Assembly: GCF_003704095.1 (NCBI RefSeq)
Contig: NW_020844818.1
Location: 310,001-374,000, forward strand
DNA: 64,000 bases
Reading direction: 5' to 3'
DNA from: Pocillopora damicornis
Taxonomy: Eukaryota
The notes below the pieces were generated by a model that worked only from the letters and a program-made list of their open reading frames with translations, searched no databases and had not been told where the DNA came from. Below, piece after piece: positions 1-12,800 of the stretch. Made by a program: the position numbers and the translations under genes. The stretch's first letter is position 1. Each line of letters begins with the position of its first letter.

Positions 1-9
1 TCAGCTCAC

Positions 10-3000
10 CTCAGTCATGACATATCGAAGGTCTGAGTAATTTTCTCCAAAGTCATTCCCATCCTAAATAAGAAGTATGTTGTTAAATAATTATAAACAA
101 ATTATATAATTTCATGTAACGCTCTTCTGAGGTACATTGGTAAAAATACATTTACCAATTCATGAAATAAGTAACACGAGTCTTGAAAGGAAGGGATTTT
201 TTAAAACATAAAAAACTTATTTTTAGTGAAAAAAATAAAAACCAGAGGAGATTAGGAACAGCCTTTGAAGAGAATTTCCAGTAATATTCATACAATGAAC
301 TAAAAACTGTACACCCTGTGATTGGTCATTGCCTTTATTAAGGAAAATCAGTGGCAGATGCTATAGATTTTATAAGCCTCTTGGCAGGCTTTATTACGAG
401 CCTTCAAAGCTTCTTTATCCTCAATCATAAGTTGAAATTATACCATTCTTGCACATTAACATGGCTGTAAACACTAATTCAGATGCATGTAAGCATTGAC
501 AACTAAGCTGGGAAGTTATATAAGAGGTTGTCAGATTTTCTTTTTATCTGTAAATTTTTCATTTACTCTGAATGTCATTTACCTTGTACATGCTTAGAAA
601 CCTGACAAAGTCTGCAAGGGAATTGATGACTAAACTTCGAAGTTGTGTTGACATGAGAGCCGCAAGACATGCAAAGAACTGCTGCACAAGAGTAGCAGAT
701 TCACCCTCAGAACTTGGCACTAAGTGCATCCACTCCTGGCGTTGTTCAATAAGGATTTTGGCACAAGCAGGAATCCATCTAGTTTCAAGTATAAAGAAAA
801 ACTTCTTTGAATTATCCAATCTCACAGTACATGTAGTCAATATAAAAGCCACCAAACTGTACAAGCATTGATTAAAATTGGTGGAACATGCAATGGGTCA
901 GAGGTTTAACTGTACTGGATTCCAGTTTGAGAGGTCTGGATTTCAGTGTTCAGTCTCTTACCATGCATGTCTCCACCCTGGAACATAAATAAGTTACACC
1001 AAATGGTAAAGGAAAAAAAAGCAAAATGATCCTTGAAGTTGGGAGTGAGGCCAACTTATTTTATTTTGACCCACTCTCACTGCAAGGCTGCTTTGCTTAG
1101 TTGGGAACTCTCACTTAGTACCTGTATCTAGGTGGTACAGGTTCTAATCTCATCAAAGCCTAAATTTTTCAGGCTTTTTTTCTTTAATTTTTTAAACTGT
1201 AGGTCACTTACAGGGTTTATTTCATTTCTTTTACATCATTAGAAGGTCAAAAATATGATTATAATGTTAATTCAACTGTGAAGAAATGGGAAATCAAAAA
1301 AAATACCACGCAGTTATTACCTATCATGACCTCAGATATCATCCATAGGGAGAATACATATACAGACTTCAATTTGCTTCATGCCAAAGATAGCAGAAGT
1401 TAGTCCCAGGGAATAAGTCCCAGGGAATTGGGTCTTGTAGATGAGTCCCTTTTGGGATGGATAAGTCCCTAGGATAAATTAGCCTCTAAAACTTGGTTTG
1501 TGGTTTAATACTGAATACAAAACAACAACTTAAAATACAATATGTTAGAGGAGAAACTATTGCTGATGCTGCCATTACTTACGTTCTTTTAAGGAATTCT
1601 CTTGTCTTTGCACACTGCTGTTTAACAAGCAATTCAAACTCTGCCGGTGTAACAGGAAGCCCTGATGCAAGTAGCTGGTCTCCATCCACAAAACGCACCT
1701 CGGAGAAACTGAAGGAAAAAAAGTAAAAGAAAGGATTGTGAGACAATTGAAAAGATATGTGTATATAGACCCCATATCTATCATCAGTAAAAGGAAGATA
1801 ATTATATAAATGATGACAATTTAACTCACATACCTGTCATACCAGAGGTTCTGAATCTTCATCATCACTGGGTTGGTGATAAACAAGTTCTTTGTACAGG
1901 CCTCTTTCGCCAATCGATATGAATTGTGCCATGGAACAGGAGCTCTAACAGTCCTACAAGTATATATTGTTCAAAATAAAATTTAATCATCAAAAATTTG
2001 GTGTCATTCTTCTAATAGCCTGACCTGTGTATAGCCTGTGTCAAACCATCAGACAAGTGTGCACATGTAGTTTCACATTCAGATTGTACGAATGACTAAA
2101 AGAATGATGAATGAAGGAGTTCTTCACACTTGTGAGGTATGGAACCCAAGGACATTCATAGGAGCTGTGTTGCTTAACACATTGCATTATGCCAGAAGCA
2201 ATTATATGTTATGCTTTTGATTATGCATTAACATGTATACAGCTATTTTAAGGTGGAATAAATACTCAGCATACTATTTTCAGTTACAATATTATGAACT
2301 GGTCACTTCAGCAAGTCATACTCAACTCCTCAGCCTGCCTAAATCTATGCTGTAAAACTGAGTTTGTTCCCTAAATTTCTTCACAATTACCAACAATTTG
2401 TGTTAAGTAACTGGGATGAACAGCACCTTTTTAGGTTGAAGTTACATTATTCCTCTCAATTTCAATCATTACTATAATTCAATATTCATTTTTAGACACA
2501 AAGTCAATCCAGTGGAATAGGTACCTCTGAGGAAAAGGTTTTGGTATTTCTTTGATGTGTAGTCTTTGTCTTTCACTAGGATCCATGAGAATATAGTCAA
2601 CTGCAAGACCAAAAAAATTAACAATTATTGTTCATCAAAAGAAGATGGCATTTTACCAGTTACAGTGTTATACTGAGAAAAACTGTTGATTGTGTAGTGC
2701 ACTAAGACTATTTGGGTACAAATTTGACTGTATAACTCTAATCTCCCTTGAACTCACCAATAGACTTGCGTACACTGAAGTCATAGTCTCCGCCAACTTC
2801 TTGCTTGAGTTTTGTTATAAGCGGATCAAGTTCAGCATTTCTTGCTAGTTTATCAGGGATTCTTTTTTGCACTATTCTCTCCATTATTTCTTGATCCTGT
2901 GCTGCGAGGGAGTGATCAGGTACTCCACGGGAAATGTAGTACTGGTAACGCTGTACAAATGAACAGTCATTAACTTATGTATGTAAGTAACTTATAAAAT

Positions 3001-5254
3001 GGATGGAAGGGTTATCTATATAACCAAGCAGCCTGATCACTATGTAAATTATCCTGGAACATTTTGCCAAATTCTTCCTTCCAAACATTATGTCTAACTG
3101 TGAGGACACTGTTGTAAGCTTCAAGGGCAGGCTTTAGACATTTATTTGTTTTGTTAATAGTAACCAATCAAAAACCTGTGAGTTACCTCTAAGTCACGCT
3201 TAGATACTTCCCCTTCATCCACACTTTCTACAACTTCACAGGATCTTATGATATCCAACTGCTCTGCTGGAGTCATGGCTCGGCTGGGTGGTAATCTGTA
3301 TGAATCCAAAAAGAAAACTTCTTGTGTTTAAATTAAATAATATCACAAATTATCAGCTCCATTGTCCAATCAAGAAAATGCTTCATTTGCTAGGCAAAGG
3401 GACAAGAGAGAATCTGTTATGAGCCTTCCACAAAATGGAGCAGATCATTTGTACAAAAAAAAAACTTTTCTATGAACTTACAGAGGTTTTTCTCCTTCTG
3501 ATTTACTTCTGGCATGTGGACCCACAACAGGTCTTTTCCTAGGTGATGTTGGTTCTTTAGCTGTTAACACATCAAGGACCGTACAAATCATGTACATAAA
3601 TTTTATTCATAGCTTTAAGTCAATGACTGGTCCATAAAGTAACTTACTTCTTGGTACTAACACTCTCGGTTTTAACCTCCCATTGAGTGACAAAGATAGA
3701 GAACTTCTTTTAGCTAGTTATCATCTCTTACTAGCAGCTCTCTGCCACTGAGTCTCTTATAGCTTAATTAAAATAGTTCCATATTTAAGACAATTGAAAA
3801 TCATATTTTTTTCTGAAGGATACAACCTTGCTGTGCTGGAATTCTTGAAGGTGGTCTGACTGGAGGCTGTACTTTGGCTAAATTTCTAATCTTCAGGCTG
3901 CTTGCTGTTGGTGTGTAGTTATTACCAATTGATTCACTAGGCGTCCTAGCATGGGCTGTCTCTTTGAAGGGTGCCGCTCTGGTCCAGGAGGGATCCTTCA
4001 TTATAGGGGGATGCTCACTGTGACGTAACACAATCTACAACCAACAGATAAGTGCTGACTTTCAAAAAAAATTTTCAAATTCTGGGTATCATTCATGCCA
4101 TGAAACCCTGTACACCTTGATATCACCATGCAAATTCTCCATACTGTTCTCTATACATTTCCTGAGGTGCTGACAAAGAGAATCTGTTTAATAATCAAGA
4201 GCTTCTGGAGCTGATGATCATTTAATCTATTTTGGAGACCTTTGTGTTTGATTCAGGGGTGTCTGGATGTTTATCACTCTAGAAGATTAAAAGGTTAATA
4301 TATCAATTGGAGGATTACATGTAACCAATAAAAATGATGTAACAATAGTGACTATTTCCTCTATCTTAAACTTTACAAAGAGAAATGAAATTTGCCCAGT
4401 CTCATGCAACATGTGCCATCAGAGCTTAGCTGGTGTGAACTCCATCAAGGAAATAGGAACTAGGCACAGTTTTAATCAGATGAAAGTCTGACCTCAATTG
4501 CAGTTTACTTGTAAATAGCAATTTTTATCACTTACCATCCTATTTGTATGCCATAATGTGACTATTTTTCAACCCATTAACTTTCAAGATCTGATTGTTA
4601 ATTCTCCCCTCTAGCTTCTAGATATTTCCTTGTAAATTAGTGCTGAGAATTTGATGTTAGATCAAGATAACAATTTTGATTATTCTCATTACCTATTTGC
4701 TCCATGGTCTATGAATATTACAGGGAGTAGTTACATTTTAATCACCTCTAGGAGTTAAATGGTTAATATCACGTATTTATTATTACATTCCTGGATGATT
4801 TTTGTGTGTATATTTGTTAATCTATTTATGCATTTATTGATTTGAATCACTTTAGATAATATGAAACAAAAAAAATCACTTGTATGATATTGTTTCAATT
4901 GATCCCGAGTTCAAGCGACATTTATGTTAAATGTTCCTAGTGATCTTTCCATTAGTTTTTATTTACATTTTGCACGTAGAAAATCAAAGAAATTGTGCAG
5001 TTGTGCAAATGATTTTCGATCGCCTTATATCACAAAATCATTTTATAAATGTGCTATGTTGTGAAAGTTAGTCAAGTAAACAAACGGAGATTTAAAATAA
5101 ACAAAGTTGGTAATCATACATCGTCCGATAATTTGCAAATAATCCGAAATTTACACCACACAGTTACCTGTTTTAGGATCCGTTGATTCGTCAACCACAG
5201 ATCTTTCTTTATCTGTTCGTTTCTCTTCTCTCTAATATAATTTATGGCTTGCAT
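10..5254 (-). CDS. DNAH3: Axonemal dynein heavy chain 3, N-terminal part; continues beyond the left edge
   Basis: Exons 5254-5168, 4034-3827, 3713-3648, 3560-3482, 3295-3187, 2950-2758, 2600-2525, 1953-1834, 1708-1583, 778-583, 63-10 with GT-AG ends. Peptides SWTRAAPFKE, RKSIVDYILMDPSERQRL, VRAPVPWH, FFACLAALMSTQLRSLVINSL, DGNDF match the recalled DNAH3 N-terminal tail. Confidence 0.9.
4102..4298. mobile_element. TTAA-flanked piggyBac-like MITE (about 200 bp)
   Basis: Shared core attctccatactgttctctatacatttcct, ends aaaggTTAA. Confidence 0.7.
4569..4766. mobile_element. TTAA-flanked piggyBac-like MITE, second subfamily
   Basis: aacccattaac...agatctgattgttaattctccc...ggagttaaatggTTAA; homologous to 56872-57083. 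Confidence 0.7.
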
Positions 5255-6861
5255 GGTAACGGATGGAGAAAAAATCGCGACTTTCCGAATCAGATAAATT
5301 ATGAATGAAGAGACTAATTAAGTATATCTTTTACCACGCAACTACAATGTTATGATGATTCACTACCAGTGAGATCTGGGAAACAAAACAATATGTTTTG
5401 ATGATCGAAGCAGCTGGCCTGGCTTAATTAATTTACCAACGTTGACTTCTTAAAAACATCGGTAATCTCTCCATCAATTTGCAGCAGCTGTATAAAATAA
5501 AACCTACCTGATATAATTCTGAAGGCGTTTCGTGAGATGGCGGTAAAGGAGGCAACCCCGGTAAGCCGCGAGTCTGTGAGCAACTGAAGACGCCACTGTC
5601 GGCATACTGAGATTAAAGTTATAAAAACATTTAGACACAGCTTGAAAATAACTAGGATGCATGAAACGGCCACTTCACTCTGCAGTCTGTTAGTTGTACT
5701 TGCCTTCACGCGTTGCATTTTGAAGGATGCTCAATTATCTCGAGGAATCGAAGAGGCTAATAACAGAAGTCCTCGAAGTGTATATCAATTTCGATTTACC
5801 CTTGTTCGTTAATCCGCAATTTAGCCAACTGCGCAATCACCTCCTTATCACAATAATTTAGAGAGTATTTACATCCTGTGTTAAAGCCAGGATGTCTAGT
5901 TCAAAACGTATTTGCACATAAGGCAAAAGTTTCTACGCTTGACTCTGACTTTCTTCCTTAGCACTTTCTTAATTTTCATCCGGGACTCCAGGTTGTCATG
6001 TTTACCCATTGTCTCGTCACGTTGCTACGCTCCCGCGGAAACGCGCGTAACTCAAAATTTCACGAATAGCATAACGCACTCTTCCGCCTCATTAATATTC
6101 ACAAAGGGAGTGGGAATATTATGTCAAATCTAAGATAAAGCGATCAGGTTAATCTTGAATGAGTAAAATTTTGGTGCGCGAAATGAATAAAGATGAGACT
6201 GAAAATATCACCATTAAGCTTAGCAAGGCGGTGATGTGACGATTATTTTGTCGCTTTTTTAGGTAAATATTCAATTTTTAATGAGATAGAGCACAAAATT
6301 GTCACATGTTCAAAATAAAAGAAAACTTGCTAGAATTATTTCTAAATATTAATTTACTGAAATAAAAATAAATGGAAAAAAAGGACGGAGGCAGTTTTTA
6401 TGCCTTCTCAAGCCAATCTAAGCCTGCTCTATTGACCCAATATTCGTCGCACTAAGACCCATGTTTTAATATTCTGAAAAGCATATTCAATAACAAGTGT
6501 TCTAGCTTTCAGCTGTTCAAACTAATCAAGACAATACTAAAGTGACTTAAGGATGTGAGTGCGAAATTAACAATTGACCCAGAAGTGCTCTTTGTTATTG
6601 GCCATTCTGAAAGCCGATGTGTACAAATAACTTAACCGGGATAAAAACCACGGCACTTATGCACTCGTCATCAAGATAAATAGTCCCATAGGATTTGGAA
6701 TAACGATAAGGACGCCATAACAACTAGAATCAACAAAGACACTTTTATGCTAATAATTCCAAAACGAACGACAACTGATTCAAAGCGAAAATAGGAAACA
6801 GTTCAGAAACAGTTCGGCCGCTGAGACCACCAAACTGTGCCTATCTCGAGACTCTTCCAAA

Positions 6862-9800
6862 ATGACAACACTTGAAGTCATTCCAGAAGGTAACACCATT
6901 TCTTTTTTTGGCAGCCTAATGACCATTTATTGACAACACTAGTCATAAAACACTCAAGCTCATTAATGTTAATAACCATAGCGGGCCGTAGGACAGGAAA
7001 ATACCTCGATTCTCGGCTCTGACTCTTTTCCCCTTCAGTTTTTTAGACCCACTGTGTAGACATGTTTGCTTGGAAACTTCTGATATTCAATTCGTTAGAT
7101 ATCATTCATGCTTCTAGTTTTACAGCAACCCAGTTAACTCGGCTTCTGCTCATTAACGGATAAACACTAACAAATAATTTAACAGAACACTGGGCTGCAA
7201 AAACGCTCAAGTGTACGTTTGAAGTCTGACCCATCCCTATCCGACAATCGGTCAGCGACGAGGTTGGCCAAAGTCACAAGCAACTCCATAATTGTGAAAC
7301 GTAAAATAAAAAGATGTTCCTTTTTTTGTTTTAATGATAAATTCAGTGGTAATTAGTTTCTTTGCCGAATCCGGTGTATGCAGGAGTTAATCCTTCTAAG
7401 GCAGTTTCCCTTGAAGCCAGTTTAGATAAATTGAATATTCCAATGTCTAACTGGTCGATTTTGCCCTTAATCCAGCTTTGATCCGTTTCTCTTTTCTTTT
7501 GAATACTTTGACTGATTCAGAACACTAAAACGACAGGAGCTTTGGGGATATACGGGTATATAAATACCAGCTATAAAAATGTAACTAATTATTTTAATCA
7601 TTTACTAGGACTTTCCTTTAATCACTCAGATCAGAGGTCATTCTACGAGATAAAATCAATTTTCAATACTGTTCATTTTTATATTAACACCACTAGTTGC
7701 TAATGGCAAACAGGTGTTGAATTTACTTCGATCTCTAAATGAAAAATTGATTGAAACAAAAGCAGTTCTACGGAAAGGTTTTCATCGAAGAACTCCGACA
7801 ATGATTAATTGTCTAAAAGTCACCACTGAAAGTAACTTCCTTTACCGTTTATAAAACATTTGGAATCAGGAATGGTATAAGGAAAGTGAAAGTACAATTA
7901 GATAATCTTATCTTATTTATTATCTACGGCCATTACAAAGAAAAGCGTGGCAAGAGGAAGAATTTGTTATTTTCTTCCAAATATCTCTGTTTTATGCATC
8001 GTTTATTGTAATGAATATTTAGCTAATCCTTTTAAAACGGATTTGAAGATATGTTGAATAGTATATTTCATACAAACGGCACCGCTGAAACGAACTACAG
8101 GAAACTGGATTTCAAATAAATGAAGAATGAGACACAATGAATAAAATAAAAATTGTGCAAAATGTGGCGTAGTGAGATAAAAGCTATCTTAAAGCGAACA
8201 AATATGGGACTAGCTTTAAGTAAACCGTTAGCCTGTAGAACAGGCGTATTTTTTATTTGTGTATGTGTGTGTCTCAGGCGTACAGAGGCAAGTGCGAGCC
8301 TAATAACGCGAAGCCTTAGTCATGCGCAAGGCTCCTAGTCCCCTTGCGCATGACTCACGCCTCACGCTCACTTTGCGCTTGCCTCTGTTTGCCTGAAAAA
8401 CGCAAAAATGTACAACTGTTTTGCAGGCAAGCAAACGTTTATCCATTTTACTCCGGTTTTGCTAGGAATATGAATTACTACAACATGTTTTAGCAACATC
8501 CAAACAGAAGTTAGCTTGTTTATCAAACTGAGCGCCGCATCATGGGTTGGTTCGAGATCTTCGTGTTCCGGCTTTAAGCTTTTAGGTGCTTGACAAGGAG
8601 TCTTTAGAGACGGGAGTGTTCCTTGGACAAAACACATGAAATGTTAATTCTCACAAAAACCTATTAAACGTATCCAAGTTCTCACATTAACATACATGCG
8701 TACTTCATTTGGCAAGAAAGTTTAACACAACATCAAAAAATGTTGATGTATGCCTTTTCTTGACCTGCTTTAACTACAGAAAAAAATCTAATTGAATGAG
8801 TAAAAAAACCAAAAACAAGAAAAATGTTCATTATATGAACTAAAAAGTATTTTAAATCATTATTCTTACGTTAAATCGGGAATTAGTTTATTGAAATAAA
8901 AGATATTACGAATATTATACCTATGTTAGTTGGGCAAAACGACATTTGATCAAGAGAGTTGGGATTCTGAAGATTTGCCTTTCACCAGATCCAGACAAAC
9001 AGTGTTAGTTCCAAAGAGTTTCAGGCAAAGACTACCTTTTATATGGTAGGACCCCTCTCCTCGATTTTCGCGCCGAGAATCAGAGTGATGAAAGGACAAA
9101 TTGGAGTGAAGATATATCTTGAACTTTGAATGGTTCTTACTTATAATCTATTGCAAGACAGATGCATAGACGACGGCTGATCCTTAAAAGACACTTGTTT
9201 GCTGTGATCTGCATTACTGAACAGAACAACAAAGAATATACTTGTTAAATATGCAATGGATTTCCACAGACTTTTTCCTGTGAAAGACTTTTTAGATGTC
9301 TTAAATGTTCGTACTGAGACATCATATTGAAGGACCAACCATGAATTATGCGAAAGGTGTTAAAAAATGTATCGTAAAAAAATAGAAAATCGGAAAAAAG
9401 CCTAAACAGTTATTAGTGAGGAGGATGAATTGTCATCAGAAAGAAACATCTGGTGAACTGTTAGCGCAAATTAGGTCTGTCTCGATAACATTTCCATTCT
9501 TTTCCCTCTAAAAAATAATGATAACAAGAAAACGTAAGTAATGATAAGAATTGCATTGTGAAGATAAATTCGATAAAAGGCCTTGATATAATCTACAATA
9601 TTTCTTAGAAGCGAACTCAGTGACCTGACGTATCTTTGTTATCTGATGCCGCCGCGCCATGTGTTGCTAGGTTACGGACTCGTGATTGTTGTATCACACA
9701 AAAGGACAGTTGATGACTGCTGTTAAAATGGAAGCAAAAGCTAATTGATTAATCTCTAGAAAGATACAGTATTAATTTCCCATTATTTTTGCCATAGAGA

Positions 9801-12800
9801 TCTTCTCTAAACCAAGAATGCGTCAACCAGGTCGAGGATCCAGTTTATATCAGCTTAGTATTAGCAGAGCACCTGAACTACGCTGCATTAACAGCCCCGT
9901 AAAATCGTGTGGAGTTTGCGAGAACTGTTGTTTAGGCGTGAAACTGAATCATACGAAGGAATGGTTTTGTCGTTGTGGGGAACCCGTCAAAAGAAAATAC
10001 CTACTGGGTCTCGTCCAACGATTTGATTCTATGGATTTGTTCGAGTATATCACTTCTTTGCTACAATCGTTTCAGTACAAAGACTTCACCTACATGCGAT
10101 CAAGGAGTAAACCGAGTTTGGTCATTGATGGTTCTAGCGCACCGACAAATCACGCTTTGAACGAAGAAGAATTATCACAGACAGTAGAGGATTACATGGA
10201 ATGGTTTTCAGGGAGTACCTACTGGACTAAAGCAAATTATATGTTGGGTTTAATGCAGTTGTGTGGTACCCATCTTCTACATATTTTAGCTACCAAGACC
10301 AGAGCTCTATGCGAACGGGAACGTAGAAAACAGAGAGCTTTTGAGGATGGAGTGATTGATAGAGGTATGCGTTTTTCTTTGTAGATCATTAACAAAACAA
10401 AGGTAGTATACCATCTAAATAGAAGGTCTTTTAAATGTTTTCCGAGGAATTTTTTGGAATCTGAAATTGATCAACGTTGCGTGACATGACATTGCTATGA
10501 CGTCATTTGATATGTTGGCTTTACGAGAATTGTGAACCAATTAACTCACAAATTTCTCTGAAGCGTACATTTTTTTAACGAACATTAATCTTAACTATGT
10601 GGTCTGTTTCACTATGTGGTGAGCAAAACCAGTCAATCATAAATGACAGTCAGATTTGTTTGACCTTACCACAACACAAAACTTTAGTCAAAAATATATA
10701 TTTTTTATTACAATGGTTTTAACCAAAACATGATGATTGTAGCTGTGATTGGTGTTTTAAATTATGCCACAAATCCGTTGCTTTTTTAGCTGAGAGCAGA
10801 ATGTTATTCTACTCACGGAATGGTGTTATATGTTCAGCAGATTGCCAAATACTGGCCTAGTTCACTGATGAGGTCTTTATAAAGTAAATTAGTTTTTCAT
10901 TCCCCCATTGACCATCCTTCTTCAGTGGAAAAATAAATACTTGTCAGTTTTATACAAGTAAAGAGCTTAAAAACCAAACTCTGTCTAACATGTTAACAAC
11001 TGCACCTAAGGGTGTACCTTAAATATTTTTCTTAAAAACACTTTGTTTTTTTGTAGATGATGATGAGTACATGTCCTTGCACAGTTATTTGTCTGACAGT
11101 GATGCTCCACTTGAGAGAGAAACTGAGAGTGACAAATCCCTGGTCACAAAATCTTTAGCAAGTCATTCAGACATAAATGATGCTCGTTCCATAGAAATTA
11201 ACTCATTAGTTAGTGAAGAAATTGAATTTAGCAAATCTAAATCCTCACGAGAATCAAGTGCAGCAAAATCTCAATCTCACAGAGGAACAAACTCAGAAGA
11301 CATAACATTGGGTACCCAATCACAAGCTTCCACAGGATATGGAGGAAGTCCCTTGTCACACAGTCGCTCAAGGTCCATTCCACCTTCTAGACAGTCCTCA
11401 CGAAGGCTTGCAAATGACATGACAGATTTTGAAAGGGAATTTTTTTCTGAAGATTACATGTCAGGCGATGAAGGGGATGATGAAAGTTTTATTAACTCTT
11501 TGACGCAGAAGGAATCTGTGGAGTCTGATTGTATAGGCTTTGAAAAGTACAAAGACTTTTTAAGATGTTTACCTGTTCATTTGTCCAAGAGGATTTTGGG
11601 TATGTTAGACAAGAACAGTTTAACAAATTGTTTGTGTCTGAGTAAACATTGGAGAAGTCTTGCTGAAGAAGTCAAACAAGACTACATGGTGCATCAGCTA
11701 ATGACTGAGGAAATAATGTTGATGCAGGTAAACTAAAAAATTGGTGCTTCTTTTATTACCCTGAGGTGGATCTAACAGAATTTTAGGGGTTTAGTTTAGC
11801 CCTCTTAACTAAATTATATTCATTTATTTCTTTGTAGGGAGCATCAGCAAAGGGTATGAACCCAAGATATGCGAAGTGTGTTCCTGTTCATGTACCTTTA
11901 GACCTCAATGAAAATGCCAAAGAAGTGCTTAGTCTTGGTTACAAGTCAGGCAGACAGAAAGAGGTTGGACGCCACAACCTCCAAGAATGTTACGATGGGA
12001 TTCCAACCAAAGAAGTCAGGATGGAAGAGAGAAACATCTACTGTGGAGCATATAATGTGCTAGTACTTCAAGACATGTGAGTACATATAGGTTTATTTGA
12101 AGCCAATTTGGCCTCTAGAGGTTGAGGTGAGGCAAAATCAGGGCAGGACACTAGAATCTGATCACATTCATTATTAGGCTGCCAGCATATTTAGCACCCT
12201 TGTGTATTTGCCATCAAACAGGGTTAGGTTACCAGGGTTGCTACTCCTATAAAGGGAGTCAAATTTTACTATTTCATTCCTGAACAGTTCAGCAAAATAA
12301 ATTGATTTTGTCTCAAATAGGAGGTTATATTAGTTAAGCAGAGTTCATAGAATACCTAATTCCATGGCTCTGAAATTCATTCTAACCAAGTGCTTTGCTA
12401 TGTAGGGAGGACCCTAACCGATGTGCAAACTTCAATGGTGGGAGACTGGTTGTGTCTGGATCATATGACAGACGCGTTCGACTCATAGATGCAGCCACAG
12501 GCAAGATTGAGAGGACCATTCAAGGCCATGCAGGGTCCATCCGCTGTGTTTATGTGTCTGAGGAGAGGGGAATTGTTCTGAGTGGTGGCTATGATACATC
12601 AATAAGGTTAATAACATATAAATACACTAAACAAGTGATACAAATGTAATTGGTTAAGGAGTGTTTTGATTTCTGTCTTTTTGCTTTCCAGGGGGTTCAG
12701 GTGTTTTGGGTGACTTTTGAAGCATATGGCCATACTTGACAGAGTGAATGAATGAGTGACCCACTCAAAATGGACTGATTGACTGAATGACGCATTGACT

